64,000 nt of DNA from Nannocystis bainbridge (GTDB taxonomy: Bacteria; Myxococcota_A; Polyangia; Nannocystales; Nannocystaceae): assembly GCF_028368995.1 (NCBI RefSeq), contig NZ_JAQNDL010000001.1, positions 640,001 to 704,000 on the forward strand. The letters run 5' to 3'. The position numbers and the translations under genes are program-made. Positions 59,186-64,000 of this stretch are shown here, one piece after another. The first letter of the stretch is position 1; every line of letters begins with the position of its first letter. The notes under the pieces are model-generated. The model ran no database searches, was not told the origin of the DNA, and worked only from the letters and a program-made list of their open reading frames with translations.

Positions 59186-61108
59186 ATGAGCGACAACGAA
59201 CTCGTAGCACTCTCGTCCGTGCTGGCCAGCGGCAAGCCTGTCTTCGAGCTCACCGTCGGCAGCACGCCGATGCGGGTCGTCAGCTTCTCGGGCACCGAGG
59301 AGCTGTCGGCGCTGTTCGACTTCAAGGTCGAGGTCGCCGGCCTCGACTTCGACCCCGAGGCCCTGCTCGGCCAGCCCGCGCTGCTCACCCTCCACGGCGC
59401 CGAGCTGCCGCGCCTGGTCCACGGCCTCGTCGCCGAGGCCGAGTACGTCGGCTACACGCGCAGCCTCCAGCTCTACGAGCTGCGGATCGTGCCCTGGGCC
59501 CACCGCCTGGCCCACCGCGAGGACTGCCGCGTGTTCCAGGACAAGACCACCGAGCAGATCGTCACCGAGGTCCTGACCGGCGCCGGCCTGGCCCGCGACT
59601 GGTTCCGCTTCGCCCTCGCCGAGTCGTACGCCCCGCGCAACTACTGCGTGCAATACCGCGAGACCGACCTCGACTTCGTCACCCGGCTGCTCGAGGAGGA
59701 CGGCGTGTTCTATTTCTTCGAGCACGACGAGCAGAAGCACGTGTGGGTCATGGCGGACAACGCCCAGGCCCACACCCCGATCAAGGGCACCTCGACGCTG
59801 TGGTTCAACCCGCCGCGCGGCACCGTGCAGGACCGCGAGCACATCCGCACCTTCCGCTTCGGCGGCCGCGTGCGCCCCGGCAAGGTGACCCTGCGCGACT
59901 ACAACATCCACAAGCCCGACCTCGACCTCGAGGTGCGCGAGGCCGCCAAGGTCGACGCCGACCTCGAGATCTACGAGTTCCCGGGCGAATACCAGGACCC
60001 CGGGCGCGGCGGCCCGCACCAGGGCCAATCGCTGGCCAAGATCCGGCTCGAATCGTTGCAGGCGACCCGCCGCGCCGGCACCGGCGACAGCGACTGCTCG
60101 CGCCTCACCCCCGGGCTGACCCTGCAGATCGCCGGCCACCCCAAGCACGAGCTCAACGCCGAGTACCGCCTGGTCCAGGTCCGCCACACCGGCAGCCAGC
60201 CGCAGGTGCTCGACCAGGACGGCGAGGACGAGAGCAGCTACACCAACGTCTTCAGCGTCACCGAGCTCAAGGTCCCGTTCCGGCCCATGCGCCGCACCTC
60301 GCGGCCGGTGATGCGCGGCGTCCAGACGGCCACGGTCGTCGGGCCCGAGGGCGAAGAGGTGCACACCGACGCCCACGGCCGCGTGCGCGTGCAGTTCCAC
60401 TGGGACCGCGCCGGTGGCCACGACGAGAACAGCGCGACGTGGGTCCGCGTCAGCCAGATGTGGGCCGGCAACGGCTACGGCACGATGTTCCTGCCGCGCA
60501 TCGGCCACGAGGTGCTGATCGACTTCATCGAGGGCGACCCCGACCGGCCGATCATCATCGGCCGCATCTACCACGGCAACAACCAGACCCCGTACCCGCT
60601 GCCCGACGAGAAGACCAAGAGCACCATCAAGTCCGAGAGCTCGCTCGGCGGCGGCGGCTTCAACGAGCTGCGCTTCGAGGATCGCAAGGGCTCGGAGGAG
60701 ATCTTCCTCCACGCCCAAAAGGACTGGAACACCGAGATCCTCAACAACCTCACCGAGAGCGTCGGCGCCGACCGCAACGCCACGATCGGCGCCAGCGACT
60801 CGACCCTGGTCGGCACCGTCCACACTGTCACGATCGCCCAGGCCTCCTCGCCGCCGCCGGCGGTCCCGCCGACGGGCACGAAGATGCAGGACACCTTCTT
60901 CAGCGTCACCACCGGCTCCGCGAAGATCACCATCAACGGCGCCGACGTGTTCGTCGAGGCGGAGGGCAACATCACCCTCGCCGCCGGCGGCGACATCACG
61001 ATCGCCGCGGGCGGCACGATCAACGTCGTCAGCGGCGGGCCGACGTCTGTCCAGGCGAGCGCCGAGGCCCTGAACCTCAAGGGCCCGCTGGTGAAGATCA
61101 ACTGCTGA
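59186..61108 (+). CDS. vgrG: Type VI secretion spike protein VgrG
   Basis: YCVQYRETDLDFVTRLLEEDG, QTATVVGP, GRVRVQFHWD, PRIGHEVLIDFIEGDPDRPII, FNELRFEDRKGSEEIFLHAQKD. Confidence 0.96.
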   Translation: MSDNELVALSSVLASGKPVFELTVGSTPMRVVSFSGTEELSALFDFKVEVAGLDFDPEALLGQPALLTLHGAELPRLVHGLVAEAEYVGYTRSLQLYELRIVPWAHRLAHREDCRVFQDKTTEQIVTEVLTGAGLARDWFRFALAESYAPRNYCVQYRETDLDFVTRLLEEDGVFYFFEHDEQKHVWVMADNAQAHTPIKGTSTLWFNPPRGTVQDREHIRTFRFGGRVRPGKVTLRDYNIHKPDLDLEVREAAKVDADLEIYEFPGEYQDPGRGGPHQGQSLAKIRLESLQATRRAGTGDSDCSRLTPGLTLQIAGHPKHELNAEYRLVQVRHTGSQPQVLDQDGEDESSYTNVFSVTELKVPFRPMRRTSRPVMRGVQTATVVGPEGEEVHTDAHGRVRVQFHWDRAGGHDENSATWVRVSQMWAGNGYGTMFLPRIGHEVLIDFIEGDPDRPIIIGRIYHGNNQTPYPLPDEKTKSTIKSESSLGGGGFNELRFEDRKGSEEIFLHAQKDWNTEILNNLTESVGADRNATIGASDSTLVGTVHTVTIAQASSPPPAVPPTGTKMQDTFFSVTTGSAKITINGADVFVEAEGNITLAAGGDITIAAGGTINVVSGGPTSVQASAEALNLKGPLVKINC

Positions 61109-61124
61109 GGCGACCGGGCCGATC

Positions 61125-63242
61125 GTGCGGACCTCGCTCGCAGCACCGCTCCCCGGACCCGACCGCGACGCGCCGCCACCCGGCGAGCGCGGCTCGCCGC
61201 AGCCCGGCGACCGACTCGCGGGCCGCTACAAGCTGCTCACGCGCGTGCGGGGCGAGGGCGCCGCGCACGTCTACCTCGCCCACGACGGGCACGCCGAGGT
61301 CGGGCTCCTGGCCGTCGATCCCGCGCGCTGCGACCCGCGCGACTGGGTCGTCTTCACCGACGTCGTCGCCTTCGCCAGCGCTGCGCGGATCCCCGGCCTC
61401 GCCCTGTTCCACGGCCTCTCCGCCGCCCCCGCCCCGCCGTTCTGCCTCGCCCACGCGTCCGGCCGGACCCTCGCGCACCTGCTGCGCGAAGAGGGCCCGA
61501 TCGCCTGGCAGCGCGCCCTCGCGCTCGGCGAGCGCCTCGCCACGATCCTCGCCGCCGTCGAATCGACGCTGGGGATCGCCCACCGGGCATTGACGCCCGA
61601 CCGCTGCGTCCTCACCAGCGATCACGACCTCCACATCCTCGACTACGGCGTCGCCGAGATCGAGCCCTTCGCCAGCCCGGACGACGCCACCCACCGCGCC
61701 CCCGAGCAGCGCCGCGGCCCTGGCGATCACCGCAGCGATGTCTACTCGCTCGCCGCGATCCTGTTCGAGCTCATCGCCGGCGAGCGCCCCTCGGGCCGGC
61801 TCACGCCGCGCCTGCGCTCGTCGGTCCGCGACGCGCCGCAGCACGTCGACGACCTGTTCGCCCGGGCTCTCGCCCCCGATCCCGAGCGGCGCTACCCCGA
61901 CCTCGAGTCCCTGCGCGTCGCGCTTCACGCAGCGCTCGCGCAGGCCCCAGTCGCCCGCGTCGTCACGCCGGCGAGCCCGATCCTCGCGCGACCGACCGAG
62001 CCTGCCACCCTTCGCCCCGCGCCCGCGATCGTCCCCGCCGCGGCTGCCATGCTCGACCTGCGCACCGGCCCGGCGCCGCTCGCCGCGCCCGCCCCCGCGG
62101 CCTCGGTCCGCATCCTCGCTCCCGGCGTCACTCCTGCTCCCATGGTCGACCCCGGCCCAGCGCCCACCGCAGCTCCTGCTGCCATTCGCGCGACCGACCG
62201 CGGGGTCCAGGCTCCTGCTGTCATTCCCGCGCCCGACCGCCGGATGCAGGCTCCTGCTGTCATTCCCGCGCCCGCCCGCCGGGTCCAGGCTCCTGCTGTC
62301 ATTCCCGCCCCCAGGCCCACCGCGGCCCCTGCTGCCATTCGCCAGCCCGACCGCGCTCCGGCGATCGCCGCCGACCCCCGGTTCGCCGCTCCTGCCGCCA
62401 TTCGCAGCCCTGCCGCCGCCTCTGCCCCCCTCTTCGCCGCTCGCCCGGCGGCAGCCGTCACTCCCGCCGCTGCGACCCTGCGCGACCCGTCGCCCGCGGT
62501 CGCGCGCCTGAACCCGCCGCGCGCCACTGTGTCGGCGGCGCTGACAGAGATTATCCCGCCCGCCACCCCTGTCCGGGTCCAAGAGTCACCTGTCCGTCGG
62601 GACATCCTGTCTTCCCTCGCTCCCGCGTTCATCAGCCCGCCGTCCCCCGAGCTGCCTGCCCGCGACGGCACCACCCTCATCGATCCGCCCAGCCTGCGCC
62701 CCGTCGTCCGGGCCGCTCCGAAGCCCGACGCGACCGAGCTTTTGCCCGACCTCCCGGCCCGCCTCGCCTCCGCCAGCTCGCAGCTCCGCGCCGACGCCCG
62801 CCTCGCCCAGCCCGCCGCCTCCATCAGCTCGCAGCAGCTCCGCGCCGACGCCCGGGACCCTGCCGCCGCCATCAGCTCGCAGCAGCTCCGCGCCGCCGCC
62901 CGGGTCCCTGCCGCCGCCATCCGCTCGCAGCAGCTCCGCGCCGACGCCCGGGTCCCTGCCGCCGCCATCAGCTCGCAGCAGCTCCGCGCCGCCGCCTCGC
63001 GCCCCAATCCTCCTGCCCCGCTCGAGCCCGAGCCCCTGGCGCCCTCGCCCGCGCCTGTGCGTCCCACTCAGCTGGCCGCACGCCCGGCCAGCCCGCCTCC
63101 GCAGCCCCGCGTCGCCTCCTCTGCCGCGACCTCCGACCCGCACCCGAAATCCGGCCCTCCCGATCGGCGGCTCCTGATCGCCGCCGTCTTCGTCATCAAC
63201 CTCTCGCTCGCGCTGATCGTCCTGTACCTGTTCATGCGCTGA
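61125..63242 (+). CDS. Degenerate Ser/Thr kinase with Pro/Ala-rich repeats and C-terminal TM
   Basis: Kinase-like motifs HRALTPDRC, LDYG, APEQ, RSDVYSL; tandem repeats QAPAVIPAP and SSQQLRADAR; C-terminal hydrophobic helix. Confidence 0.8.
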   Translation: MRTSLAAPLPGPDRDAPPPGERGSPQPGDRLAGRYKLLTRVRGEGAAHVYLAHDGHAEVGLLAVDPARCDPRDWVVFTDVVAFASAARIPGLALFHGLSAAPAPPFCLAHASGRTLAHLLREEGPIAWQRALALGERLATILAAVESTLGIAHRALTPDRCVLTSDHDLHILDYGVAEIEPFASPDDATHRAPEQRRGPGDHRSDVYSLAAILFELIAGERPSGRLTPRLRSSVRDAPQHVDDLFARALAPDPERRYPDLESLRVALHAALAQAPVARVVTPASPILARPTEPATLRPAPAIVPAAAAMLDLRTGPAPLAAPAPAASVRILAPGVTPAPMVDPGPAPTAAPAAIRATDRGVQAPAVIPAPDRRMQAPAVIPAPARRVQAPAVIPAPRPTAAPAAIRQPDRAPAIAADPRFAAPAAIRSPAAASAPLFAARPAAAVTPAAATLRDPSPAVARLNPPRATVSAALTEIIPPATPVRVQESPVRRDILSSLAPAFISPPSPELPARDGTTLIDPPSLRPVVRAAPKPDATELLPDLPARLASASSQLRADARLAQPAASISSQQLRADARDPAAAISSQQLRAAARVPAAAIRSQQLRADARVPAAAISSQQLRAAASRPNPPAPLEPEPLAPSPAPVRPTQLAARPASPPPQPRVASSAATSDPHPKSGPPDRRLLIAAVFVINLSLALIVLYLFMR
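62775..63000 (+). repeat. ~48-bp coding tandem repeat (SSQQLRADARVPAAAI)
   Basis: About 4-5 copies of gcagcagctccgcgccg. Confidence 0.8.
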
Positions 63243-63290
63243 GCCCCGCCGAGCTCGCGCGAATCAGGCGAGCGCGAGCGCACGCCCCAT

Positions 63291-63749
63291 TCACCGCAAT
63301 CGCAGCGGCGGCAGCGAGCCCTCGATCGCCCGATCGAACCATGCCACGAACACCTCGCGCTCGCGACCCTGCCGCTCGCACGCCGTCACCCGCCACGCCT
63401 CGAGCACCTCCGGGATGTCGACGTGGAGCGCTTCGCCGTCGCCGCGCTCCACCCGGATCCCGATTCGCTTGTCCGGGCGTCGCTCCCAGCGCGCCCGCGC
63501 ATGCTCGCAGATCGTCTCACCGAAATACTGCCCCGCCGTCGCGATCATGTCTTTGAGCGACTGCGCCGACTCGCCGCGCGCTGCCATCATCAGCCAGTCC
63601 GACAGCCGCAGCAGCGACGCCCGCGAGAAATCGAGGCACGGCTCGGTGAAGTCCCAGCGCGCCCCCCAGATCCCCGTCTGCAGCACCGACCAGGCGCTCT
63701 GCGCCCGGATCTCGAACCCCTCGAGCGCGTCGTCGACAACCTCGCTCAT
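63291..63749 (-). CDS. Hypothetical protein, DUF3806-like
   Basis: LDFSRASLLRLSDWL...AGQYFGETI...ARW motif; GGAG RBS. Confidence 0.65.
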   Translation of the reverse strand: MSEVVDDALEGFEIRAQSAWSVLQTGIWGARWDFTEPCLDFSRASLLRLSDWLMMAARGESAQSLKDMIATAGQYFGETICEHARARWERRPDKRIGIRVERGDGEALHVDIPEVLEAWRVTACERQGREREVFVAWFDRAIEGSLPPLRLR

Positions 63750-63765
63750 GCTCGCTCCGTCCGCC

Positions 63766-63999
63766 TCACGCCGGCTCGAGCCACGAAGTATCGTCGCACG
63801 ACGGGTGCTCCGGGATCGCCGCCTCGCGCTCCGCCTCGCGCCAGCCTCGCCACACGTCGACCGTCAGCTGCGCCAGGATCCCCGCGCCCGCCATCTTCCA
63901 CGACGGCGGCTGCGCCAGCCTCGGCGCCACCGCCGGGGCCCGCCGCGCGACCGCCTGGCCGACCAGGTTGTTGCTCAGGTACCGGGCCCGCGACCACGG
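63766..63999 (-). CDS. C-terminal part of a hypothetical protein (5' end outside the window)
   Basis: GC3-biased frame ...YLSNNLVGQAVARR...GILAQLTVDVWRGW...WLEPA* with stop at 63766. Confidence 0.5.
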   Translation of the reverse strand, partial: PWSRARYLSNNLVGQAVARRAPAVAPRLAQPPSWKMAGAGILAQLTVDVWRGWREAEREAAIPEHPSCDDTSWLEPA

Positions 64000-64000
64000 C

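Noticed and set aside
63746-63997. ORF-track 83-aa minus-strand ORF
   Set aside because: The overlapping frame ending at 63766 has better GC3 bias.
1-64000. rRNA, tRNA, IS or prophage elements
   Set aside because: No recognisable structural RNA, transposase, integrase or phage genes were seen by eye; a covariance-model scan could not be run.

Overview
Very GC-rich bacterial chromosomal window. Gene content points to a myxobacterium, probably Nannocystis-like (inference): ADYC-domain protein, MYXO-CTERM-like tails, many Thr/Ser-rich lipoproteins, multidomain Ser/Thr kinases, a Myxococcales-type sigma factor and a CYP51 sterol cluster. About 40 CDSs; no rRNA, tRNA, CRISPR or transposase recognised. 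Main observations: (1) a small gene at 471-857(-) with an in-frame UGA followed by an fdhF-like SECIS hairpin, a candidate unannotated selenoprotein; (2) a stand-alone copy of the RNA polymerase beta-prime zinc-finger/clamp region fused to an unrelated domain (9238-11256), divergent from an S24/S26-like peptidase; (3) dispersed arrays of a 10-bp palindrome (GGRCATGYCC) with 14-bp periodicity at gene ends; (4) a 14-kb three-gene operon (OmpA-like plus DUF6603-like giant protein, beta-sandwich protein, degenerate PLD); (5) a CYP51-EBP-Rieske sterol-modification operon; (6) an orphan vgrG. All family assignments come from motif recognition by eye; no database search was run.
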